A stretch of DNA of 64,000 bases from assembly GCA_029953675.1 (NCBI GenBank), contig JAMWBK010000012.1, positions 1-64,000 on the forward strand. Reading direction: 5' to 3'. The DNA comes from Rhodosorus marinus CCMP1338 (Eukaryota > Plantae > Rhodophyta). Below, piece after piece: positions 1-8,072 of this stretch; position 1 is the stretch's first letter; each line of letters opens with the position of its first letter. The notes beneath the pieces were generated by a model. The model searched no databases. It was not told where the DNA came from and saw nothing but the letters and a program-made list of their open reading frames with translations. A program made the translations under genes and the position numbers.

Positions 1-458
1 AGACTAACGTAACCCCAGACTAACGTAACCCCAGACTAACGTAACCCCAGACTAACGTAACCCCAGACTAACGTAACCCCAGACTAACGTAACCCCAGAC
101 TAACGTAACCCCAGACTAACGTAACCCCAGACTAACGTAACCCCAGACTAACGTAACCCCAGACTATCGTAACCCCAGACTAACGTAACCCCAGACTAAC
201 GTAACCCCAGACTAACGTAACCCCAGACTAACGTAACCCCAGACTAACGTAACCCCAGACTAACGTAACCCCAGACTAACGTAACCCCAGACTAACGTAA
301 CCCCAGACTAACGTAACCCCAGACTAACGTAACCCCTAACGTAACCCCAGACTAACGTAACCCCAGACTAACGTAACCCCAGACTAACGTAACCCCAGAC
401 TAACGTAACCCCAGACTAACGTAACCCCAGACTAACGTAACCCCAGACTAACGTAACC
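1..458. repeat. Terminal telomeric array, 16-bp unit CCCCAGACTAACGTAA (~28 copies; C-rich on +, i.e. a left chromosome end)
   Basis: Near-perfect tandem repeat from base 1 with strong C/G strand asymmetry; only two variant units (A>T near 167, AGAC deletion near 337). The same unit recurs as short remnants at retroelement junctions. Confidence 0.93.
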
Positions 459-528
459 GTGAGCTTTATTGGGCAGTCGCCTAATGCGACGTAACACTAA
501 GCCGATTGCTATCTAGGGAATCACTCAC
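459..528 (-). mobile_element. 70-bp 3'-terminal fragment of family B retrotransposon inserted in the telomere
   Basis: Identical to 8073-8142 (3' UTR of the B RLE ORF); flanked by CGTAACC on the left and a telomere unit (527-545) on the right. Confidence 0.9.
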
Positions 529-623
529 CCCAGACTAACGTAACCGCGTACACTTTACTGAAGAACTCCCTATTGGAGCCCATTAAGAAGCAATAAGGAT
601 CCTATTGGTCAGCAAAGAAACCC

Positions 624-1538
624 CTAATGGGTTGTGTGGCTACGTTCTAAGATAGGGACGATGTCATAGTCTGCTTCGTCGACACGACGTGCCTGGGTGG
701 CAAGGATAGCGTTTCCTTTCCACAAAGTGCGGTTCAAGATCGCCCGAGCCTCACTTACTTGCGTTGCCCGCTGATCCAGGTGTATAGTCGCTTCCTTGAG
801 GAACTCACTCGCTTGTTGTCCCATCTGCCCAAATGTTTCCAGGCAGAAGGGGACGAAGATGTCGTCGTTATGTTCTCCGATACTGTCACGGTATTTGGAC
901 TCTTTAAACTTTTCCGCTTTCCGTGCCGCATACCCGGTCTCCCAAGACGCTTTGTGGAGGTGTGTTCTTTGCAAAGGCGAGGTCACCTTCACATCGATCA
1001 CGTAGAGCTTGCCTGTTCGTGGGTGTCGGGCTAGAATGTCAGGCCGAAGCCGACTGCCTTGGTAGTGTCCGGTCGGTTCTATTGTCACTTCTAGTCGCCA
1101 TTGTCTCAGCACTGTCGCCAGGGCGTCCCTGACCATGTTATGCCGAATTGTCCAACTGCCGGTAGAGCTGGTGCAGTGGTGAAGGCGTTGAATGCCTGCA
1201 GCGTCGTGTGGTTGGGAACATATCGTACACGTACCAAGTATTCGTACACCCGGCAGGGGTAATCCCAACAGTTGTCGAAGGCTCAGGTTCAGTTCTCCGC
1301 TACTTAGGCCGCGTCCGTGTTTCCTTGGCAAGTCTCGCAGCCAAGTACCCCCTCCTGATCCCTTGCAGGAGCGTATTCGCGCACGTGCCGTCTCGCTGAT
1401 CTCCGCGTTCTCCACCATTTCCTCGAATGCCCGTCGGTGACTCCAGTTGGAGAGGAGTTTTGGGTTGAACCGATCAAGGGCCTGTCGGGTGGTGTGTGCG
1501 GGTTCTCTGCTTGTTCTTGGCTCTCCAACGATTGCCAT
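624..1538 (-). CDS. Family A ORF2 C-terminal part: CCHC zinc finger + restriction-like (PD-(D/E)xK) endonuclease; out of frame with the RT part
   Basis: CTIC...HHC, RHNMVRD, RPDI...VIDVKV, KESKY, FVPFCLETFG motifs typical of RLE non-LTR elements. Confidence 0.9.
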   Translation of the reverse strand: MAIVGEPRTSREPAHTTRQALDRFNPKLLSNWSHRRAFEEMVENAEISETARARIRSCKGSGGGTWLRDLPRKHGRGLSSGELNLSLRQLLGLPLPGVRILGTCTICSQPHDAAGIQRLHHCTSSTGSWTIRHNMVRDALATVLRQWRLEVTIEPTGHYQGSRLRPDILARHPRTGKLYVIDVKVTSPLQRTHLHKASWETGYAARKAEKFKESKYRDSIGEHNDDIFVPFCLETFGQMGQQASEFLKEATIHLDQRATQVSEARAILNRTLWKGNAILATQARRVDEADYDIVPILERSHTTH

Positions 1539-3775
1539 TCTGTTAGGCGGAGTATGGGGGCCGGTGTTCCTCGTGCCAGGCAGCGTTTTGAGTGGAGGCT
1601 CGCTTCGATTAGTTGTGCTCCAAGTTGATCCGTCGAGTGGAGCAGGGGTCGAATGTGATGGTGCTCGGTCAGGTTCGTCGATGTGCAGGCATCGAGTAGC
1701 GCTCCTAGGTGGCTAGATCCAGTCCAATTGAGCTTCAGAGTCTGTCGCCAACTGCTGAAGAAGGCGAGGGGTTGTATTCGTGTTCTCATCGCTAGGCCTG
1801 CGCCACCCCATCGGCAAGGGAGCTGGATCTGCGCTTCGACCACGTCTTTTGCGGGTCCTGTGAGGCCCTGGCCTTCGAGGAGCGAGCCGCACAGTTTGTC
1901 GAGTTCCAGGAGCGAGATGCGATCGGCTTCGCGTGCGAGATTGGCTCCGTATTGTAGGGCGAGCGTGCGTAGAGCAAAGTCTAGACGCGGTCCTGCGCAG
2001 TAGCGGAATAGGCACAGTTTAATTGGTAGCTCAGTGGTCGGTAGACGGATGACCTCTTGGACGAGTTTTTCATGTTCTCGTTGTAGCTTCCTGTTCGCGT
2101 CTTGGACGTAGGTCCGTGTGCCAATAGGGATGGAATAAAGTTGGATTCCGTCCCGGGTGACATGTACGTCGGGAATTTCCCTGTTGACGAGTCTGGTCGT
2201 CGGCAGTTGGAGTCCAAAAAGCTCGCATTTCGTCCTTTGAAGTTGTGCGCCTATTTCGGGGAGGTGGTGCTCGCTCCAGTGTAGCGCTTCTTTCACGTCC
2301 TTCAGAGGGCCAAGTAAGGTGAGGTCGTCGTGGATTGCGCTAAGGGTGATCCTCGGAAACCGGTCTCGTAGTGCTCGTAGGAGTGGGGAAAGGGCGAGCG
2401 CGTGTAAAGCAGGTCCCAACGGATCGCCTTGTTGGACTCCAGTCCAGGCTCGGAGCTGGAGCCAGTCATCGACATCGCTGTCTCGCCATCCGAATTGGCG
2501 TGGGGCGCTCTCGCCTCGTGGTCCGTAGCTCATTGTCATAAGCGACTTCAATTCGGGGAAAGCTAGCTCGATGATACGGTTTGCGAGGCGTCGGTCGATT
2601 CTGTTGAACGCGTTTGCGAGATCAAGTTTGAGGAGCACGTCATTCGGGCGCGCTGCGAGGTGGGCTTCCGCGAGGTGGATGGCGTGTTCGCAGCCGCCGC
2701 TGACCGAGATGCCGAGTTGTTCCGGGAGCAGAAAGTCGCGAAGGGGCGTGGCGACAGCGCGAAGTGTCCATTGGGTGACGGCCTTCCGCAGTACCTCAGG
2801 AATCCCTAGCGGGCGTAGGCGAAGAGGGTACCCTTGTCTAGCTTCGGCAGACGTTCGCTTGTCTTTCGCGAGGAGTCGGTTGCTGCGCATGGCTTCGAGA
2901 AACACGTCAGGGAAGCTCTCCGGAGTGGTGGCAAGCTTGCGAAGGAAGCGTACAAGTACCGGTTGCGTTGTCATGGTGAGACTTCGCAGATGTTCGGCTT
3001 TGAGTCCACTCGGCCCGGGGGCTGTGGCGTACGGTAGGTGTTCCAGCGTTGACAGGAGGCTCTCGTCAGAGGCCAAAGTCGGGTCCCATATATTGCGTTG
3101 CAGTCCGTTGAGCTTTGCCTGTAGGGCGTCTTCAAGCTCCGAGGAGAGCGTTGCGGCCTCGTACTCAGGGAAGAGCGTAGTCAGAACGCGCCAGGTGGCA
3201 GGAGTCTTCGAGGCAAGATCGGTGGCCAGTAGGAGTTGGCTAGACTGGGACATACGTTGAGCTTTGGCGAGTTGTAGGGCTCGTTTCTGTCGGTGGCGGG
3301 TCTGAGGCGGCGGAGGTACGATACACTTGGTGTCAAGGGTTTTGCTGTGAGCAGTAAGGTGTTCCCACACCGTGGAGAACCTTCCGTCCATAACGGCGAG
3401 CATCTGCGCAGAAGGGGCCAGGTCGCCTGTGTAGCCGAGTGCGAGACTGGGGAGAGCGAAGATGAACAGGCGTGACAGGTTCGGCGCTGACGTATCAAGG
3501 GCAAGTTCCAGGGCTTTCGACATGAGATGGTTCCAGCGTGTTTTCAGGTTATCGGGGACGAATTGGCGAGTAGGCGTCGGAGCCTGAGTTAGCTGCCACC
3601 AGCGGTTGCCATTATCGGTTACGTTGAGAGTGAAGTCGTGCAGAGACGAGAGCCAGGCGTGCGAGTCGGTCTCGAAGAGTGACTGCGTCGAAGTGGGAGG
3701 TCGTTGGCGACGAGCACGAGCACGGCGGGATGAGCGAGAGCGGTTCGGAGTATATTCGTCTGAGGAGCTGCTCAT
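1304..3775 (-). CDS. Family A ORF2: reverse transcriptase (frameshift near 1470-1540 separates it from the RLE part)
   Basis: LRPLGIPEVLRK, QLGISVSGGCE, LDLANAFNRIDR, GVQQGDPLGP, AIHDDL, thumb LPCRWGGAGL. Confidence 0.93.
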   Translation of the reverse strand: MSSSSDEYTPNRSRSSRRARARRQRPPTSTQSLFETDSHAWLSSLHDFTLNVTDNGNRWWQLTQAPTPTRQFVPDNLKTRWNHLMSKALELALDTSAPNLSRLFIFALPSLALGYTGDLAPSAQMLAVMDGRFSTVWEHLTAHSKTLDTKCIVPPPPQTRHRQKRALQLAKAQRMSQSSQLLLATDLASKTPATWRVLTTLFPEYEAATLSSELEDALQAKLNGLQRNIWDPTLASDESLLSTLEHLPYATAPGPSGLKAEHLRSLTMTTQPVLVRFLRKLATTPESFPDVFLEAMRSNRLLAKDKRTSAEARQGYPLRLRPLGIPEVLRKAVTQWTLRAVATPLRDFLLPEQLGISVSGGCEHAIHLAEAHLAARPNDVLLKLDLANAFNRIDRRLANRIIELAFPELKSLMTMSYGPRGESAPRQFGWRDSDVDDWLQLRAWTGVQQGDPLGPALHALALSPLLRALRDRFPRITLSAIHDDLTLLGPLKDVKEALHWSEHHLPEIGAQLQRTKCELFGLQLPTTRLVNREIPDVHVTRDGIQLYSIPIGTRTYVQDANRKLQREHEKLVQEVIRLPTTELPIKLCLFRYCAGPRLDFALRTLALQYGANLAREADRISLLELDKLCGSLLEGQGLTGPAKDVVEAQIQLPCRWGGAGLAMRTRIQPLAFFSSWRQTLKLNWTGSSHLGALLDACTSTNLTEHHHIRPLLHSTDQLGAQLIEASLHSKRCLARGTPAPILRLTEWQSLESQEQAENPHTPPDRPLIGSTQNSSPTGVTDGHSRKWWRTRRSARRHVREYAPARDQEGVLGCETCQGNTDAA

Positions 3776-5292
3776 GATTGAGTCGACGAGAGGGAGTCGG
3801 GCGTGAGGTCGTCGACGGCGTTGGCAGGCTTAGGGCGCTTAGTGGGTGGAGCCACTTGTCTCTTGTCTTGGGCCGTCGAAAGTCCTTGCATCGGCTCTGC
3901 AGGGGTCACTGGTTGATCGCTAGTGGTGGAGGGGTCAGGCTCCGAGTCTAGTGGATCACGGGCTGTCGCGGCAGGCGTCTCAGGCGTGTTGTCCTCCCGA
4001 GCGGCTGGGACTTGGGCAGAATCAGCGCTATGCGTAGTCGCTGCGAGGGGTTCCGCACTCTCCCTCTCCAGTGCCGCCGGTTGAGGGTCAGCTACCCGGG
4101 TTCGGTCCAGAGAGCGTGGCTCTCTGCGCTCGGTTGTTGTCGAGTGCTCTGGAAGCTCAGGGTCGGAGAATGGCACGCGCAGGCAACTGTCGGGTGCTCG
4201 TTGAGCGTGAGCGTGGAGGCTGGCCAGGGTGCGATCGAGCTCGGCCCTGACGTGGCCCAGGAGTGCCTCTCGGTTGTTGGGTGGGAGACTCCTGCGATTG
4301 GTAACAATCCGCTGGATCCGTCGGTAGCGGAGCAGGTTGTGGATCAGTGCAGCGCGGGGATAGTCTGCCGGTTGGTGACGGAGCTTTTCCCTCATGCTCA
4401 GGTATTCGTGTGACGTTGGAGAGAGCTTGACAGCTTGGATACGTTGATCAGGAGGCAGGTGTGCTCCTCTGGTGGGTTCGAAGGCCCCTGCGTTGGTAGC
4501 GTCGCGGAGTAGTTGGAAGGCGGTATGATGAGCGATGACGTGTACATGATGATCAAAGTAGTCCAGCTGGAGCAGCGAATTTTTCTGAAGGCCGGCTAGG
4601 CGCTCGATATCCCAAGCATGATGGGCCTTGCTTCTGGTGGAGTCCCGAGGTCGAGCATTGAGTAGCACAAATGCATCAACGTCCTTCTGGCTCTGGTACT
4701 GCAGCCCATGAATGCTCGCGAAAAACGAGCGATTGGCAGCTGCTGGGGTCTGGTTGGCGCGGACACGTGTCGTCCAGCTCATTGGTTGAGGTTGAGCTCG
4801 AGTCCTTGTCCGTGCTTGCTCATTGGCCGTTGCGAGATCTGGGAATGCATTGGAATCGAGATCACGTGTCTCGGGAGATCGCGGGCGGGCTGCTGCAGTG
4901 GCGTAGTTTGCTGGTTCGTAGACAGGGAGGGGGCGTTGTGCCCTCGGGGCAGCTTTTTGTGGCGTCGTAGTCAGATTGTGAAGGAGTTGAGCCTCGGTGC
5001 CATTGGCGTGTGCCTGGGCTAAGAGACCCATAAACCGCAGCATAAGCCCATTGTAGAGCGGGGTCTTATGCTTGGGCGCGTCGAGATGCAGCTTCAGCGC
5101 TCCGCAGCTCAGGTCAATAGCCAAGGGAGTAGGTACGTCGTTGTCAAGTGCAGATGCAGTTGTAGGCTCAGAAACAGGTACGGGCAGAGGCTCGGGTCCG
5201 TCTGCCCTCAGGCTAACGGCCGGGAGGTCTTCCATCGTTGCGTCTGTGCAAAAGCCCCCCCCATCCGGAGGCACGGGCTCGAGAGTAGTCAT
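3772..5292 (-). CDS. Family A ORF1 (~506 aa from ATG 5292; putative RNA-binding, RRM-like core plus coiled coil)
   Basis: Long ORF whose TGA overlaps the ORF2 ATG (ATGA, 3772-3775); core aligns by eye with B and C ORF1s (xNxRP motif); N-terminal part homologous to 24010-24355. Confidence 0.75.
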   Translation of the reverse strand: MTTLEPVPPDGGGFCTDATMEDLPAVSLRADGPEPLPVPVSEPTTASALDNDVPTPLAIDLSCGALKLHLDAPKHKTPLYNGLMLRFMGLLAQAHANGTEAQLLHNLTTTPQKAAPRAQRPLPVYEPANYATAAARPRSPETRDLDSNAFPDLATANEQARTRTRAQPQPMSWTTRVRANQTPAAANRSFFASIHGLQYQSQKDVDAFVLLNARPRDSTRSKAHHAWDIERLAGLQKNSLLQLDYFDHHVHVIAHHTAFQLLRDATNAGAFEPTRGAHLPPDQRIQAVKLSPTSHEYLSMREKLRHQPADYPRAALIHNLLRYRRIQRIVTNRRSLPPNNREALLGHVRAELDRTLASLHAHAQRAPDSCLRVPFSDPELPEHSTTTERREPRSLDRTRVADPQPAALERESAEPLAATTHSADSAQVPAAREDNTPETPAATARDPLDSEPDPSTTSDQPVTPAEPMQGLSTAQDKRQVAPPTKRPKPANAVDDLTPDSLSSTQS

Positions 5293-5370
5293 ATCACTCG
5301 ATAAGCGTTCGTAGAAAGAATGAAAGTGTAACTTTATCACCACGATAAACTCCAAAGTCCAACCCCAAAT

Positions 5371-5404
5371 CCCAGACTTTTTTAACCCCAGACTAAACCC
5401 CAGA
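5371..5404. repeat. Variant telomere units at the A 5' / B junction
   Basis: cccagact...aaccccagactaaaccccaga. Confidence 0.75.
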
Positions 5405-5421
5405 TCGCAGCGCCCACTGAG

Positions 5422-6387
5422 TTGCCACTTTGCGTAGGACCTCCGGCACGCCTATTGGGCGGATCCCTGCCTTGGCCTGGGAGTTACCCCCCCTGTGCTG
5501 GCTTCGAGAAAGGCAGAAGTCTACTGCTACGCAAGGCTCGTAGCAGAAGGGGTGAGAATCGCCCGGGCGCGGTGGCGAGTTGGCGCAAGACCCGAATCAG
5601 TGCTACCTGAGTCTGTTGGTTCGCCCCTTGCAAATGTTCCGCGCGCATTCCACTCGGTCCAGGGCTCGTCCCTTGAGGTAGTCGTGCCACGATTGAGAGG
5701 AGGCCTTCGTCTGCAGCCGTTTTTGGATCCCACCGCCTCTTCAGTGTGTCGTTGTCCGTCGTGAGTAGGCCTTGGAGGGCTTCCACAATCTCCACCGGTG
5801 AATCCACACTGGCGGGGCTCGGAAAGAGCTGTTGTAGTTGCCGCCAGGTAGCCGCTGTGAAAGGCGCCATTTCGGTGGCCTCGAGTCTTCTTGCAGCATC
5901 CGAGAGGCGGCCGAGTCGTGCTAGTTTAAGTGCTTGTTTGCGGCGGCCATCGACTCGTCGACGAACGTCTTCGGCACCGTGTGGTGTAGGTGGGGGTTTC
6001 ATTGAGGCGGCTTTCTCCTCAAGGGCCCCCCCAGACCCGCTGGAACTCTCCTTCTAGTACATGTGCGACCTGTACCCCTGTGTCGAGGGTGGAGTGGCCC
6101 AGGACCAGACCCGGAAGGCCGACGAGAAGCAGGCTCGCTAATGGAGGTGCTGTCGCGTCCAGAGAAAGCTCGAGGGCAGCCCGAAGAAGCCGGCTCCATG
6201 TAGAAACGTGTGCTCGGGGCACGAAGCGTCGTGTGGGCACCGGGCAATGTGTGATGCGCGTCCAATGCCTCCCCTCCTCCGTGATCTCAGCTACGAAAGC
6301 GTTCCAGCGGCAAATCCAGGCCTCCCGGTCAGAGAAGAACAGAGGCTCTTCTCGTGGGCGTTTACGTCCCCTGCGTCTGGACGGCAT
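5422..6387 (-). pseudogene. Family B ORF2 N-terminal fragment (frameshifted, truncated)
   Basis: RHWTRITHCPVPTRRFVP, ALKLARLGRLSDAARRL, SPGPSG; homologous to 21553-22520. Confidence 0.8.
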
Positions 6388-7970
6388 TATGATTGCTCGT
6401 TGTCCTGCGCTTCCTGCTGAACCGACGGGTTTGTATTGGCTGCAGTTTCAGGTTGTAGTCCATTCTCGCTCGGTGTGGGGTCGAGGGGAGCTGGTGTCAT
6501 TTCTGCATCCGTGCTAGATCCGTTGGAAGACCGGCGCGAGCGCTTAAGTTGAGGAGGTTCCGGCAAGTTGCACGAGAGTTCCGCATGGGGATTGTCCTCT
6601 TCTTCCACATCCTGCGGTACTTGGGATGTTCCACCGGAGTCACCCTGAGTGGCAACAGTCCCACAGGCTGCCTGTGCATCGTCCGGAGACGACGAGGCTT
6701 CAGCGGCTGCGTTTGGTGCGGCTGCAGTCGTTAGGGGTTCCGCGCTCTCCCTGGATACCGCAGGTTGCTGTTGAAGGGCTTGTAACTTTTCAAGCCGTTG
6801 GTCCAGCATCTCGTGCACTCGGGCGAGAGTTGTAAACGAGAGATGTCGACGGCTCAGCCGCGCGCGGATGCGTATGATCTGCTCGATCGCTCGTCTCAGC
6901 GTTTGAGCCCTGACATCTCCGCCGGCGAGTCGTTGCCGCTCGTTGAACCCCAGCAGGTTATCCGCCTCTAAACCGTGCCCGGTGTACAGGCTCACCTGTC
7001 GATCGGGGTGTCGCATGGTAAAGGATCCGAAAATCCCAGTCCGGAACACACCCCGGCTGATTGCGCTTTGGAGAAGAGGAATTGCATCAGGGTGGCACAC
7101 GAGGCTCACGTGTGAAGAGATAAAGTCCAAATGCGCCACATACGAGCCGGGAATGCCCAACGCCCGGCAGAGGACCGTAGTGAAGTCAGAAGCAGCCACC
7201 TCATCCTGTCGTGGGGGACGGATATTTCGGAGGGTAACAAGCACTGGCGTGGTCTCAGGGCCCCAGCTGGCCCCTCCCACTGTGGCGTGTAACTGCTTCA
7301 GGGCGGCATGTTGCGTCTGCGGCCCAGGCCTTCGCATGGTGCGGATGGGTGTCTCTACACCGTTCTCTGGTACTTCTACCGCCGAAACCGCCGCGTAGGT
7401 GGGTCTGGGGGTGTCATTCCCAAGGGCCGGGAAAGCCGTCTCAAACCGGACACCCGCAGGGACACCTGTCCCGACCGGAACTTGATTGAAGCCCGTTCCG
7501 GCCGCAAGTTGATTGACCACCGCCGTCGGCCGGTGATGCGCCGAAGCTCCCGAGGGATTCGAAGTCTGTGCAGAAGCTTGCCACATGTAGGGCTTCTGTG
7601 CAAGTTCCGTGAGGCGGCTGGTGACATTATGTATCTCTGTGGTACTGTTAATTCGCGAGTAGAGATTGAAGACTGCTTTGTAGAAGTTCGCGATGTCCTG
7701 CTCCCCAATTCCGAGGGCGTGATAGCACTGATCGTAGCTTCGAAGTTGGTGGAGGAACGTGTTAGCGGGAGAGGATGACGTAGAAGGCTCTGTCCGACTC
7801 CCCTCCTGGCACGGTTCTTCTGGGCGTAAAGTAGTCGCTTGTAGTCCATCATGTGACCCATGCCCGTCCTCTCGTTCAGCAATTGGAGAGGCAGGCAGCA
7901 TTCCGCTCATTGCACCGGTATTCTTCGAATTCCCCTCCCCAAACGAAGGGGAAGTGCCAGTGTTTGGCAT
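6387..7970 (-). CDS. Family B ORF1 (527 aa; RRM-like core)
   Basis: Open 527-aa frame; TAA overlaps the ORF2 ATG (TAATG, 6385-6389); TYAAV and LVTLRNIRPP motifs; C-terminal half homologous to 20892-21553. Confidence 0.8.
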   Translation of the reverse strand: MPNTGTSPSFGEGNSKNTGAMSGMLPASPIAEREDGHGSHDGLQATTLRPEEPCQEGSRTEPSTSSSPANTFLHQLRSYDQCYHALGIGEQDIANFYKAVFNLYSRINSTTEIHNVTSRLTELAQKPYMWQASAQTSNPSGASAHHRPTAVVNQLAAGTGFNQVPVGTGVPAGVRFETAFPALGNDTPRPTYAAVSAVEVPENGVETPIRTMRRPGPQTQHAALKQLHATVGGASWGPETTPVLVTLRNIRPPRQDEVAASDFTTVLCRALGIPGSYVAHLDFISSHVSLVCHPDAIPLLQSAISRGVFRTGIFGSFTMRHPDRQVSLYTGHGLEADNLLGFNERQRLAGGDVRAQTLRRAIEQIIRIRARLSRRHLSFTTLARVHEMLDQRLEKLQALQQQPAVSRESAEPLTTAAAPNAAAEASSSPDDAQAACGTVATQGDSGGTSQVPQDVEEEDNPHAELSCNLPEPPQLKRSRRSSNGSSTDAEMTPAPLDPTPSENGLQPETAANTNPSVQQEAQDNEQS

Positions 7971-8000
7971 ATTTTACCCCAGGCGAACCAAACCTACAAA

Positions 8001-8067
8001 CTTAATTTCGAACCTTATCCAATAACCCCAGAAACCCTTAATTTCGAACCTTATCCAATAACCCCAG
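8001..8067. repeat. 31-bp direct repeat (period 36) at the 5' end of family B, each copy ending in TAACCCCAG
   Basis: cttaatttcgaaccttatccaataaccccag at 8001-8031 and 8037-8067. Confidence 0.85.
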
Positions 8068-8072
8068 TAACC

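Larger units (their letters stand above)
546..5375 (-). mobile_element. Full-length (~4.8 kb) telomere-inserted RLE non-LTR retrotransposon, family A (CRE/SLACS-like)
   Basis: ORF1 + RT + CCHC + RLE on the minus strand; 3' end joined directly to CGTAACC| with no poly(A); 5' end runs into variant telomere units at 5371-5404. Confidence 0.92.
5405..8067 (-). mobile_element. Family B element with intact 5' end, 3'-truncated inside the RT N-terminus
   Basis: ORF1 6387-7970 plus ORF2 pieces 6019-6387 and 5484-6002 (frameshifts at G/C runs), ending at EVLRKVATQWAL next to telomere-like CCCCAG. Confidence 0.88.

Noticed and set aside
1-458. CRISPR array (also considered for 33013-33188 and 11709-11805)
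   Set aside because: Pure tandem repeats without unique spacers, no cas genes, and a eukaryotic context.
2571-3260. 229-aa + strand ORF and many similar short ORFs overlapping RT/RLE regions
   Set aside because: Antisense or alternative frames of GC-rich retroelement coding sequence, with no motifs of their own.
5990-6040. Programmed +1 frameshift near the start of B ORF2 (similar break near 21930 in the subfamily copy)
   Set aside because: The breaks lie at different positions, one in a G7 run, and both copies are otherwise damaged; indel or sequencing error is more likely.
3772-7970. Both ORF1s listed as exactly 527 aa
   Set aside because: Coincidence: the A frame was called from a TTG, and its first ATG gives ~506 aa.
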